Assembly: GCA_000165425.1 (NCBI GenBank)
Contig: CT868207.1
Coordinates: 124,001-188,000 of the forward strand
Source of the DNA: Paramecium tetraurelia
Taxonomy: Eukaryota
DNA length: 64,000 bases
Direction of reading: 5' to 3'
Shown here: piece after piece, positions 27,788-39,933 of the stretch
Layout: every line of letters starts with the position of its first letter
Position numbering within the stretch: position 1 is the stretch's first letter
Program-made: the position numbers and the translations under genes
Notes under the pieces: generated by a model
Seen by the model: only the letters and a program-made list of their open reading frames with translations
The model's database searches: none
What the model was told of the DNA's origin: nothing

Positions 27788-28144
27788 ATTTGTTGTATGC
27801 ATGTATTTATTGTATCCATATATTTGTTGTCTAAATAAAAATCTCATTATAATACTGCTAGTGCATCTGCATTAACTTTCTTTCAACCTTCATATTTCAA
27901 AATCCATTTTACCTTTATTTATCTAAATTGCCTTGATAGTATTTTAAATTCTTGAAAATAATACTGAAAACAGTGTTATTTAACTAAAAGTTTCATTGAA
28001 CATATTTGATCAACATTTTTTAACGTTCATTTAGTAGTTAAACAATATATTGAATTTAGGTAAGTATTCTATATAAAAGTTCAACAATATGGAATAATAT
28101 GGCCTTTTAATCGAAAAAGTTGATGAGATCATTTAATATATTTA

Positions 28145-29332
28145 ATGAAAAATATTCTTATAACAGTTTTATTAGTAACAATAGTTACTGCAAGTCTAAG
28201 AGGATCAGGCCGAAAGGAACATGGTCATCACAGAGATCAGTACTCAGAAAGATAAGGAACCTATTCAAATTTGGGTGAAGAAGAATATATTGCTTATGCT
28301 AGTGAAGATGGATACACACTTTACGATAGTGGCGATAATTATACCCTTTACGACAATCACAACAGTGACGAAAATGACGATATATATAATCATAATGACA
28401 GTGAAGATAAATATACACTTTACGATAGTGATGATAAATATACTCTATATGACAGTGAAGATTCATATACTCCTTACATAGTTTATGATAGTGAATCTAG
28501 TAGCTCATCTAGTAGCTCATCTAGTAGTTCATCTAGTAGTTCATCTAGTGATAGCAGCTCAGATAGCGAATCTGAGTCTTAGGAATTTGAACATAGAAGA
28601 AATGAAAGAGGACACAAATTTGAAAGAAGAGGACCTAGAGGAGGACCTAAAAGAGGACCAAGAGGAGGACCTAGAGAAGGACCAAGAGGAGGACCAAGAG
28701 GAGGACCTAGAGGAGAACCAAGACAAGGTAGAGAAGGACCTATAGAAGGACCAAGAGGAGGTAGGTTCCATAATAGAGACCAATAAAACAATAATAAAAA
28801 TTGTACAAGACCTCATAGACCTTAAGATGAATTCTCAAGACAAGTATTCTAGAATTTAAGAAAAACTGGATAAGTGATTTTAGATGAATGGAACCCCACT
28901 GAAGACCCATCACTTAAAAATGAGATCAGAGCTGTTTTAATTGGAAATTTAGAAAACTTGTTACCTGTTGCTGAAGTTCTAATTCCCACAGAAGTTGCTT
29001 CTGGACCTGCTGAGCCAATTAATGTAGTCTAAAGATAGCATCACTCACATCCTCATCCACCTCCTCCTCCTCCTCCATAACCAGAGGATGAGTTCGCTAG
29101 ATAGGTTTTCGAAACTCTTCACTAGATTGGATTCGAAATTCTTGAATAATGGAGAATAGAGTAGGATGTAGAAGTTAAAAATCAAATTAGAGCAAATTTG
29201 ATCTAATAACTTAGTGATCTTATCCCAGCTCAATCATCAGAAGTATCAACCACCATTTTAGATAACCCACTTTAACTTGAAATTGAATAAGTTAATCCAA
29301 CTCCAAGATTAGCTGATGAAAATGGAAATTGA
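28145..29332 (+). CDS. Secreted low-complexity/repeat protein (395 aa), function unknown
   Basis: Intronless. Signal peptide MKNILITVLLVTIVTA, YTLYDS repeats, poly-Ser, RGGP repeats, and two copies of a 49-aa domain separated by a linker ending in HHSHPHPPPPPP. Confidence 0.9.
28496..28550 (+). repeat. 12-nt tandem repeat (TCTAGTAGYTCA) encoding poly-Ser
   Basis: tctagtagctca tctagtagctca tctagtagttca tctagtagttca tctagt. Confidence 0.95.
28628..28762 (+). repeat. 12-nt tandem repeat (AGAGGAGGACCW) encoding RGGP/REGP
   Basis: About 10 degenerate copies of aga gga gga cc(t/a). Confidence 0.95.
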
Positions 29333-30821
29333 TATTTAAATAATCATAATAATAATTCATTTATATATAATTTTTAGCAAATTTTCACAGTTTCACCCTC
29401 TCTAATATAGCTACCTAAGCCTGTACTTTTACCAAATTAATTGCTTCATCATAAATTAATATAAAAAGTTAGGGATTGTTTATCAATTATTTATGAATTA
29501 AGCAGATTAATCAATTATTAATTATAATTAGTAGAAATAAGTTGAAGTTCTAATTGAAAATACCTCCATTCCCATTAAGTCTTACATAAATTTAAATTAC
29601 TTTCTTTGAAAAAGTGGAAATTCATAATTAATAAACATTAGTATTCTTGTTAAAACTTGATATTATAAATATTTTTCTTCCTAATGTAACAGATAAAATA
29701 ATAACACCATTTTACATATTAGGAATCCGATACATCTTAAATCTGATCGATATTTTCCTTTTATTGTATTAATCTATAATAGTTGTTGCTAATTATGACG
29801 TATTTATAATTATCATTTTTATCAAAGAGTTCCTAAATAACTTAATATATTAATTCTTAGATTAAGTGTAGGAATATAGAATCTAAGCATTTTGTTTTAT
29901 ATATATTATTTATTAAATTATGGACTGATTTATTATTTTAATTTTTATTTAGTAATATTCTTGAATCTTTTATATACATATTTCAATTTATATAATTTAA
30001 ACAATTGAATTTTAGTGATATAAAAAGGACTTTCTTATAAATATGTATAAATTTATTATTTAATTAGTATCTTTCTATAGAATTATATTATATACAACCA
30101 TCCAATTCCATAAATAATCATAATTATATCAATCCCTTTTAAAAATTAAAGCAATTCTAATTTAATTTTACCAACGTTACATCTACCTGATCCTAATTGT
30201 ATTGTTCCTTATCTTATAAATATAGGATTTGCTTAATTTATAATCTCTTCTCACTCTATTTAAATTTCTAGTAAATCTCTATTAACCTCATTTATAATTT
30301 AATCTAATTTATCATTTTTATTCCTTCTTCTTTTTATAATCCTTTACTTCTATTCATTTGTTTTTCCAGATTAAATGCTGAAGTTGTCATTTATTCTTTT
30401 AAAATTTAGATTATAAATTTAATATCATTTCTAATTTTCTGCATCTTATTTGTCTCGATATTTTCTAGGCTTAATTAATAAGCCTGATTTATTCAATAGT
30501 TCTAGAAATTATTATAAAATTATCAGATTTTGAACAATTAAAATCAGAAATTGCATTTTCTTCATTCTCCAATTCTATTTTTTTTATTTGAAATTCTGAT
30601 TATGAAAAAAGTTGATTTAAAGTTGATTTCTAATATGAATAATATTAAAGATCTGCGATATTGATATATTTCAGAGACAATATTAATTATTTATTGTTTT
30701 TAAACAAGTCAGCAATATTTTCCAAAAAGGGAATTTAATTTCAATATTATTTGTAATTCATAAATAAGATAAATAATATATTGATTATGATTTAATTTAA
30801 TGGTGTATTAATTAATTATTA

Positions 30822-32312
30822 TCATATGATATAACTAGTTTTTATTTTATTTGTTACTTCATCCAAACTGGACTTTTTATTTTATTATTATTATTTTAAA
30901 AGTCTATTTTGAAAATTTTGAACTAAAGCAGATTTATTACTATTATGCATAGAGGTAGCTTGATTGCAATAATTTAGACTACTAAATTATGAGAAATTTT
31001 CATCATTCCTTTTGGTAATTTGTTGGCTATTTAAAATAAATGAAAATATTACCTTATCCTTGGTCTACTATGGATATGAAAGGTTTCTTCAATCCTTTCA
31101 ACAGAATTGCTATATGTGTATTTGATTTCTTTCTATTCTTCTTTCTATGTATTTATTTAAAAAGCAACAATCAATAAAGTAACATTATCACTACTTTTTT
31201 TATAGATTGCCTCTTTCAAAACTGAGTCAACAGCAGTAGATAGTATTGAATGCAAGTTAGATTTTGTATTATTTTAAATGTCTTGCCAAATTATATTAAC
31301 TACGTCTCCTGATGACATTTTATCAAAAATCCCATCACCTAAACATAAGCTAAAATTATTTACATCCCAAAACAATGAAATCATGATCTTAATTAATTTT
31401 AAATATTTTGACATCCGGTTCAGATATCACAACCTTTGAATTTCCCCCAAATTATTCGAATTTAGCCTCAATATCTCCAAAAGTCCTTGAAACTGATAAC
31501 CTCCCTGGCATAACTCTAACTGGTCCTGTAACTTAAGTTCCTTCTTCATTAACGCCTTAAGTTTGATATATTTTTCCTCCTCCTCTCTAAATTCTCTCTA
31601 CTTCTGTTTCTGGTTTATGATCAATTGATAGATTTGTGACTCTTTTCCCTTTTTGAGAACTTAATACAGCTCTACTATCTCCTACATTCGCAACATAACA
31701 AACATCTCCAACAATCAGACAAACTATAGCACAAGATCCACTTCTTTCTTGGATTCCTTTTGAATATTGATCCAATGCATAGGCTAAAAAATGGTTTTCT
31801 GCTGCTTCAAATCCTTTTTTTATGGCTCCAACAGGATTCCATGGAAATTCAGGTTCTTTTATTACAAATTAATGTAAAGTGTCTCTTAAAAAGTCAGCAC
31901 AAGCTGCTCCACCATGTCCATCGTATACTCCAAAAAATGAACATTTGGGCCAATTTTCTGTTGCTCTATTTTATGGTTTTACAATATTCAAAATTATAGA
32001 AACTCTATCTTCATTATAATCTCTCACAATTCCTTAATTTGTATTTGCAGCATAAGCTCTAATTATTCCATTTCGACCTGATGAACATTTTGTTGGTTCA
32101 TAGTTAGGCAAGACTGCTTATTTTTTAAGTGATTATTCTTCCAAACTTGAGAAATTTAACTCTAATGTTTTTCTTACAGGTTGTTTTATTAATGGAGACA
32201 CATCATATTTTTAATAAGATTTGTTTTAACTCTCGAAAGGTCGTTTAGGGTTTATATCTTTTTACAGATACTTATTCAAAAAGGATGGGGCGTCGCGTGA
32301 TTTATAATTCAT
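30822..32312 (-). CDS. Protein phosphatase 2C (PPM family)
   Basis: RDYNEDR, FFGVYDGHGG, SGSCA, VANVGDSRAV, DHKP, RLSVSRTFGD, DGIFD, SSDNVT. Confidence 0.97.
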
Positions 32313-33391
32313 TAGTTATATTAATAAATTTGAATTTATATTTACATAATGACCAACGGATAAATTCTAAATGATATAAAATGATCTAAACATTTAATCA
32401 TAAAAAATGGATAATCAACTCAATGTTCCAAGAACCTTTAATTAATTAAAACCATTATCAAAGATAATTTCTTTGTAATCAAAACATTTATGAATTTCTT
32501 CAGATATATATGTAAGATTTACTTACTCATAAAGAGATCTAATACTAATATAATTTTAATTAACGTTGAAGGAATCTTTAATAAAGTGCTCTTTATATTC
32601 GATCATTTAGGATTTCTGATTATAATTTATAAATTATAAAAAATTCTATAAAAAATGAATATGATCAGAGGCAAAAATGGTGATGATTTTTGTATGCAAA
32701 ATTTAATATTAAGTTGGGTTGCCTAAAGCTAATTAAAATTAAAACTAGAACCAGATTAAAAAGAATGAAAGAGAAAATAATGATGATCGAGCAAATAAAT
32801 AGATGTAAAACACTATTTAATAAGCTATAAAATAAGACGATAATAAAGAATAACATAAATGATTTATATTAATAAACATATTTTATCATATATCTGGTAT
32901 TAGTTGTAAGGACTTTGATATTTATTCAAGTTTCCATCAATTTATATTTTGGTGCAATTTAAATCTCAATGTTTTTAATTTTATAATACTTATTGTCAAC
33001 TCAATTAAGATGTATCTAATTATACTTTTATTTCAAGATATTGATATATATTTTTATAAATTAATGGACATGGTTAGAGGGTTGAATGGAGTTGATTGGG
33101 GTAATTTATTATTTAATTAAAAGATGATATTTACGATGAGAATAATAAAAAAGATGGTAAATAAGAAAATAATAAAGATCAGAAAGGGCAATAAGAAAAT
33201 ATGAAATAAAATTTAGAGAAAGCAATAAAAGATTTAAAATAGGAAGAATAATTCGAAGAAAAAAAGTGAATTAGATAAAAAATATTAGCTTATTAATTAT
33301 ATTACGATAATTGTAGTAATATTCTCAAAACTTAGCTATATATGTATTAAATAATTACAATTTACTAATTTTTATATACATGAAATATCTA

Positions 33392-34680
33392 TCATAATGG
33401 TTTTACTTTAATTACATTACCAGACCCTATAATTTATCTAATATAAAGGTAAATTGTACTAATCAATGCTTAAGATCAGAAAATGCCCTAATTCAAAGGA
33501 TACATTAAATTTTTCCAAACAAACTGGTTCTGGAAGCTTTCATATTTAGTAAGAATCTACCTTTATTTTAAGTCCTCCTGATTACTTCGATTTTAAGAAA
33601 TCTTAAGTTTATTTTTTACCATCTATATTAATATATTCAACATTTGTAACTTCGAAAGGAGATTGAATACCGTAAATATTTAAGTAACCTTAGTATCCGC
33701 TTGTTATAATTAACGATGATTGTTTTTGACTCTCTAATTAAATGTCAACTAACATCTCTTTACTAAGAAAACAAGACGTATAATGTGGAAGTGATAAAAC
33801 ATCTCCAATTTTCAGTTTTGTATTTTGATCTACTTAAATCTAAAATTAGTAAGTAAGGTAGCTTTACTTATATCAAATCGTTTTAAGAAATATTGGATTA
33901 TTCATTATCAATCGAATCCATAACTCTAATAACCTAAACACTAGTTTTTTACAGTGTAGAGTTCAAATTTAATGGATTTTCTATTTATTTTAGTTGTCCA
34001 CTTAAAACTTTACACTCATAAGCTGAATTACATCTATTTGATACATCTAATATTCTAATTCTCAATATATCTTGAAAATTATTCAATTTAGTAGAAGTAA
34101 TCTCTTCTATCAAAGACTTACCTTAATACCATTAACATTCTATTTTGGATATGTTAGTGAATGATTTAGAATCAATAGGAATTACAGTATATTATAAATT
34201 AGTAATTAAGGATTACAATGTATTTTGGATAAAATCGAATCTCTCTTTGCTCCAATTGCAACTATTCATATTAGTGATAGCAAAGATGACTTTGTAATTT
34301 TGTTTAAGCAATTTCACAGCATCAAAATTAAAAAAGAAACTATTGTCTATTTGATTTTCAAAGACTCCCTTTTTAGCATTGAACAGAAACATCAAAACTT
34401 CAAAATTTTATGCTTTCATTAAAACATCAGAATAAACGATTTTTGACTCTTCAAAATAAATATTGTAATTCTCTGAACTAAATGAACAACGAGTAACTTA
34501 AGAAGAATATAAATCAGATTCGAATTTATCCATAGCTTCTTCTTCATCAATCTCCTCATCTGAATCTTCCTGATATAATTAATTATTAAATTTTAAATTT
34601 TCTTTTTTTAACGCCTTCAATAGTTCAGTTTTACCAGACTCGCATCTTCCATAAATTATTACATTGATTTTTTTGGTCAT
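33392..34680 (-). CDS. Divergent eRF3/HBS1/eEF1A-like translation-factor-fold protein with degenerate GTPase motifs (~404 aa)
   Basis: INVIIYGRCESGKTE, AKKGVFE, AITNMNSCNWSKERF, VIPID, QWYQGKSLIE, LRIRILD, KIGDVL, IITSGY, PVCLEKF...LGHF...IIGSGNVIKVKPL*. Three introns (28, 24, 22 nt) give a 1215-nt ORF. Confidence 0.8.
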
Positions 34681-34814
34681 TTGTTATTCTGATTATTGAA
34701 TCATTAATTATAATAATTAACATTATAAATAAATTTATTAATTTTCTATAAAATGGGTTTGACAAAATAAGATATTAATTATATTTGTATAAATATGTGA
34801 TTTATTATAAATTC

Positions 34815-37482
34815 TCATACTTTATGAAGGAATGGTTGAAATTTGAATTATTTTTAACCAATTGGAGATTAGCTGCTTTGCAAAATCTCAACTGGTTATG
34901 TTGTATATTGTAATTGAGGCTATAAAACCAAAGGTTATTGTCTCAAAGGGGATGTAACCTAAATTGAATAATATTTAAAATTTACTTATGGGAATTATTA
35001 GACTTACTAAATAGTTTATTATGGTTGTATTTGTAAAACAGATTATTGCATTGGAACACTTTATTATAATATTGGCTAAGTTTAAACTAGCATCGTTTAT
35101 TTTTATTATGTTGGTTGCAAAACTACTTAAGGTTATTGAACTATTTGTTTTTATCTAATGGGTGATAATCCATCTTATTATGGGAATTTAGCATTTGTGA
35201 ATATTTATTATTATTACATGGTTGGCGAAGAGATTATCTCTTGCTGTATTCCCTACATTACAACTATTGGTTGGGCAACTTAGGTTACTTATTAAGATTA
35301 AGCAACGACAAAATTTGGTTATTAAGTCATTATTTAAACTGGCTAAGTAGTTGTATATTGTGGCTATTAGGCTGCTAATTATACATGTTGACCAATCAAA
35401 TGAGGTTATTAAACTTAAATGTGTTTTTGTGAATAGGTTTCAGCCTTTTGAGTAGGTTGGACCATGATAAATTATTATAATGGTTACATTTCTTATACTT
35501 ACACAACTTATTATTAAATGATAGGCTAGATAACTTAGGGTTGGGCTGCTACTAGTTATTTTTAGACAGGTTAAACAGCCATATATGATTCGTTAGGTCT
35601 TAACGGTTTTGGAGTTCCAAATTATACTCCTTATAGAATAACAGGTGCAGGTTCTTCTTAGATGATGAGAGGCTGCCTAGCACTTAAACATTATGTTAAA
35701 ATTGGTTATTTTGCAACCTAAATTTAGATGAAAAAATACTTGAACAGGTTCACAAGTTACGAATTTTGGCAAAATAATACTCTATACTGAACTAACGGGA
35801 TAAACTATTTATTATGGACTTCTTGGCATTAATCGTATGAAATTTTCACTTCGAGGTTTAAAAAAACTATCAGGTGATTAAATTCGAGGAGTGTTCTTGC
35901 TTCTACTTAAATCTTATGGGAAATATATCTATTATTCTGAAGTTGGTTTCTTCTTTTTTGTAAATTCTTCTGGGTCACATGGTTTTTCTTCAGGATTTTC
36001 AGGCTTCTTCTTTTTAGTGAATTCTTCTGCATCACAAGGTATCCCTTCTGGATCCTAGGGTTTTTTCTTTTTAGAGAATTCTTCTGGATCACAAGGTTTT
36101 TCCTCTGGATCTTCTGGATCTTATGGTTTCTTCTTTTTTGTGAATTCCTCTGGATCACAGGGTTTCTCTTCTGGTTCTTCTGGTCCTTCAGGTTTCTTTT
36201 TTTTTGTAAACTCATCCGGATCACATGGAGCATTTGTCAAATCTTCTGGTTATTTTTTCTTAGGTTTTTCTATACATTCAGCTTCACAAACAGCGAAATT
36301 CAAATCCTATTTTGGTTTCTCCTATTCAACATCATCACATTTATTTTTGTTGATTTCTTCATCATCACACTTTTATTTATTTAATTCCTCATCATCACAC
36401 TTTTAAGGTTTTCCTTCTTTGCCTCTAAATCCATACCCATACATTAAAAAGGATTTCTATTTAATTGTAATTTTGGCTGATAATTGATATTAAGCCTTTA
36501 ATTCTGCCATGGCCTTCATCTATAATTCCCAACTTGCCATTCCTCCACCTGCAGCAGCTGCTTCATCTTATCTCCTTTAGGCAGCAGCCATGGCAGCTTC
36601 ACATGCCAATTAAACTTTACCAGCTGAACTATTAAATTGTTTTTCCTAATTTCTAATTAATTTATAATAACCTTTAAGGAAGCATCTGAAAAATTATATT
36701 TATTTAGCATCAATCCTCCACCAAGTTTAGCATGATCAGCTTATAAATTGTAACCACCGTACTTATACAACTATAATATTGATTAATATATATAAATACT
36801 CCATATGCATCCTCGTAGGATTCCCCCTCCATTCCACCTTAACCATTCATCATTTCATACTCAGCAACAGCGTCAGACTAGTTATATAGAATGATATATA
36901 CTTATCCGTTATCTCCAGATTGTTAGACTTCATGAAATGTTGTTATCGTTTTTGTTACTATTGTTTGGGTTTGATAGCTCGTTTATTAAGAGCTCTATCT
37001 TAAGAATCAAGAAATACCGAGGATGATTAAGCATGTTGCTGCTATTGACTTTGGGTCTGCATTTCACTTCCTTAGGTGCTATCTTACTCCATCTCCGAAT
37101 CTTATCTCATCGATTAAATCTGATTTTAATATTATAATAGCACTATATACATTTCCATTTGATCTTTTAGATTAGCTATTTTATTCAGTGGAACAACCAA
37201 ACTTCATGCCTTCCTGTTCTTGTTTTCTTTCGTATATAATCTAAGAATTTAGGACTAATTTTACATTTTTCTCAATTCCACCTCCATTACTCTAATCTTG
37301 TTATGGGTAATAATTCCCTTCACTTTCCTTAACTTATGTTTCCATTTACTAAAATTCTTACTAAAAATTAATATCCTAAATTTTACTTAAAGCTTGCTTT
37401 GATTATTTTAGAATTGAAAGTTTTGTGAAGAACTTCCAATTTATGATGAAGTTTGCTAGCTTAGATTTGTAATTTAACTCAT
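34815..37482 (-). CDS. Hypothetical repetitive protein with central PCDPEEFTKKKKP repeats and a Q/P/Y-rich C-terminus
   Basis: Table 6 ORF starting MSQITNLSQQTSS, several tiny introns in the 5' third, a continuous ORF through the repeats, ending QPFLHKV*. Confidence 0.7.
35941..36410 (-). repeat. Coding tandem repeats: 3x KCDD[EV]E and 5x PCD[PA][ED]EF[TS]KKKKP
   Basis: Read directly from the reverse complement of 35941-36410. Confidence 0.9.
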
Positions 37483-38405
37483 TAGATTTGATTAATAGTT
37501 TAATATTTTATATTTTATTCAGATTTTAATCACCCTTAAATACATAAAAATTATTAATTTTTTTATAAAAGTTTAACATTAATCATTAATATTTTTCAGA
37601 AAATTAATAATTAAATTATGATGCAGGAAATTTATTAAACCGTCATTCACTGAAACTACATTTTCTACAATATCAACACTGAATTGCATATTTTTAAGTT
37701 ATTGTATTATTCCCTTAAAGATCCCCTACTAAATTCTATAAATAGCACGACAGTTGCAATAAGATATTTTCTATTTCAATCTGTATAGTGAAATAATACT
37801 CATTAATGAGAAATAAGTTCAAATAGATATTTAAGACTTACAATCTGAACCATTAAAATCATAACAGAACATTAAATTAAATTATAATTTAAATACTTTC
37901 GAAATATCAAATTCATAGGTTTGAATTAATCTAGTATATCCCATTCTTATTTTTATAATCAACTTTAAAAATTAGAATATACTTTACACACCAAAAACTA
38001 TTTGATAACTTTAAGGTATCCTTTTAGAATGTTGAAGTAAAAAAAATCAATTCTTTTACTTGGATCAAATTGGAAATTAACTCAAAAGAATCAAAAGTCG
38101 CTAACTAATTATTTTAAATATTCCTCCTAAAGAATAGGAAATGTCGATGAATCTTGTAATACACATCAGTTTATATAGCACAAATCTTATACTGATAGCT
38201 CAAGATATAAAAAGCAATAGGATAGGATGACAGGATCATCAATTAGCAATATCAAAATACTAAAATTATTTATTTATAATTACTTTTATCAAGTATTTAG
38301 ATTAAGAAATCTATAAAACATAATGTGAATAATTAATTAAAATAATTTATTATATAAATTCCTTGTAGGAATGATAAAAATAATATATTTATTTTTGAAT
38401 ATAAT

Positions 38406-39788
38406 ATGTAATAAAAGGAAAAGTAAGAATCGAGTGATGAAGAAATAGAAGTCTAACCATAATAGTAATAATAAGTGGTAGTGAAGAAAAACACTTAATA
38501 TAACTAATAATTAATTGACAAATTAAACAAACCCCATCAATTTTGGTAAACTCAACCTATGCCCAATATAAATGAGATGGAGAAGTTGCAGCCTGGTCCC
38601 ATTCAACAAGGAGTATTGGCTGAGGTCAGAAAGGATCCACTTAATTTAATTGACAAATTTGAATGGTTTAATGTTGACTTGAGAAATGATGAATAAGCTC
38701 AATAAGTAAGAAATTTAGAATAATATTTAGGTTTACACTTTATTGAAGGAGAATTATGTTGAGGATGATGATAATATGTTTAGATTCGATTATTCAATTG
38801 AATTTTTGAGATGGGCACTATTACCCCCTGGACAATATGCCGATTGGTTGGTTGGCGTAAGAGTCAATTAGAAACTAGTTGGATTCATCACAGGTATTCC
38901 AGTAACACTCCACATTGAAAATGAACAAAACAAAGTGAAAATGACAGAAATTAATTTTCTGTGTGTCCATAAAAAAATAAGGGCTAACAGATTAGCTCCT
39001 GTCTTAATTAAAGAAATCACTAGAAGAGTACACATCAAGAATATGTGGCAAGCCGTATATACAGCAGGAATTGTTGTCCCAACTCCCATTTCTTAGACTA
39101 GATATTATCATAGAAGCTTGAATGCAAAGAAATTGATTGAAGTTGGATTCTCATCGTTATCAGCAAGATAGACAATTTCAAGATAACAAAAACTATACAA
39201 ATTACCTGAAGAACCAAAGACTCCTGGACTTAGACCAATGAAAAAGAAAGATGTGGCTTAGGTTACTAAATTATTAAATGAATATTTGAAGTAAATTAAA
39301 TCTTTCGATTTAGAAATTTCAAGTTGTATTTTAAATATACAGAAGAGGAAGTGAAGCATTGGTTTATCCCTAGAAAAGATGTGATTAGTACCTATGTAGT
39401 GGAGAAGGAATAAGGAATTGTGACAGACTTTTTGTCATTCTATAATTTACCAAGTTAAGTGATAAAGAATCCCAAATATACCCACTTGAAAGTATTTTTG
39501 ATTCTAACTTTTAAGGCTGCCTATTCCTATTACAATGTTGCAACTTAAACACCTATTGTACAGTTAATGCATGATGCATTAATCTTAGCCAAAAATGAAG
39601 GATACGATGTTTTTAATGCACTAGATATTATGGATAATGAAAAATTTTTAAAGGTATATTGATTTATCAATATTTTCAGGAAATTAATGTTTTGTCCTGG
39701 AGATGGACAATTAAATTATTATTTGTACAATTGGAAATTAGAAAGCAACATGCTTAAACCAGAAGAGATAGGAATTGTTCTTGTATGA
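38406..39788 (+). CDS. NMT: Glycylpeptide N-myristoyltransferase
   Basis: [73 protein letters not shown]. Confidence 0.98.
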
Positions 39789-39933
39789 GTTATAAATAAA
39801 TATACATATATAAGTTAATACTTTGTTTAATAAATAGAGAGAATTCTTAAATATACCCAAAAAGATTGAAATTTCTATATTAGGATGTAATGTTCCATTT
39901 AAAATACATTAATATATTTTTGAATATAATATT

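Noticed and set aside
28628..28762. Short direct repeats resembling a CRISPR array or minisatellite element
   Set aside because: There are no spacers, the repeats are in-frame coding units, and the context is eukaryotic.
28485..28816. Several overlapping ORFs in the track (LGPPLGPP, SSSWSSSW, VAHLVAHL, EEDLEEDQ)
   Set aside because: They are shadow frames of the 12-nt Ser and RGGP repeats within one + strand gene.
32400..33300. Coding-like stretch on the + strand
   Set aside because: I could not build a consistent gene model or recognise a domain. It may be a pseudogene but is unsupported.
5033..39788. Apparent lipidation cluster (NMT, ABHD17-like, MG..C substrates, sirtuin)
   Set aside because: The genes are tens of kb apart with unrelated genes between them, and such genes are abundant in Paramecium, so there is no evidence of functional clustering.
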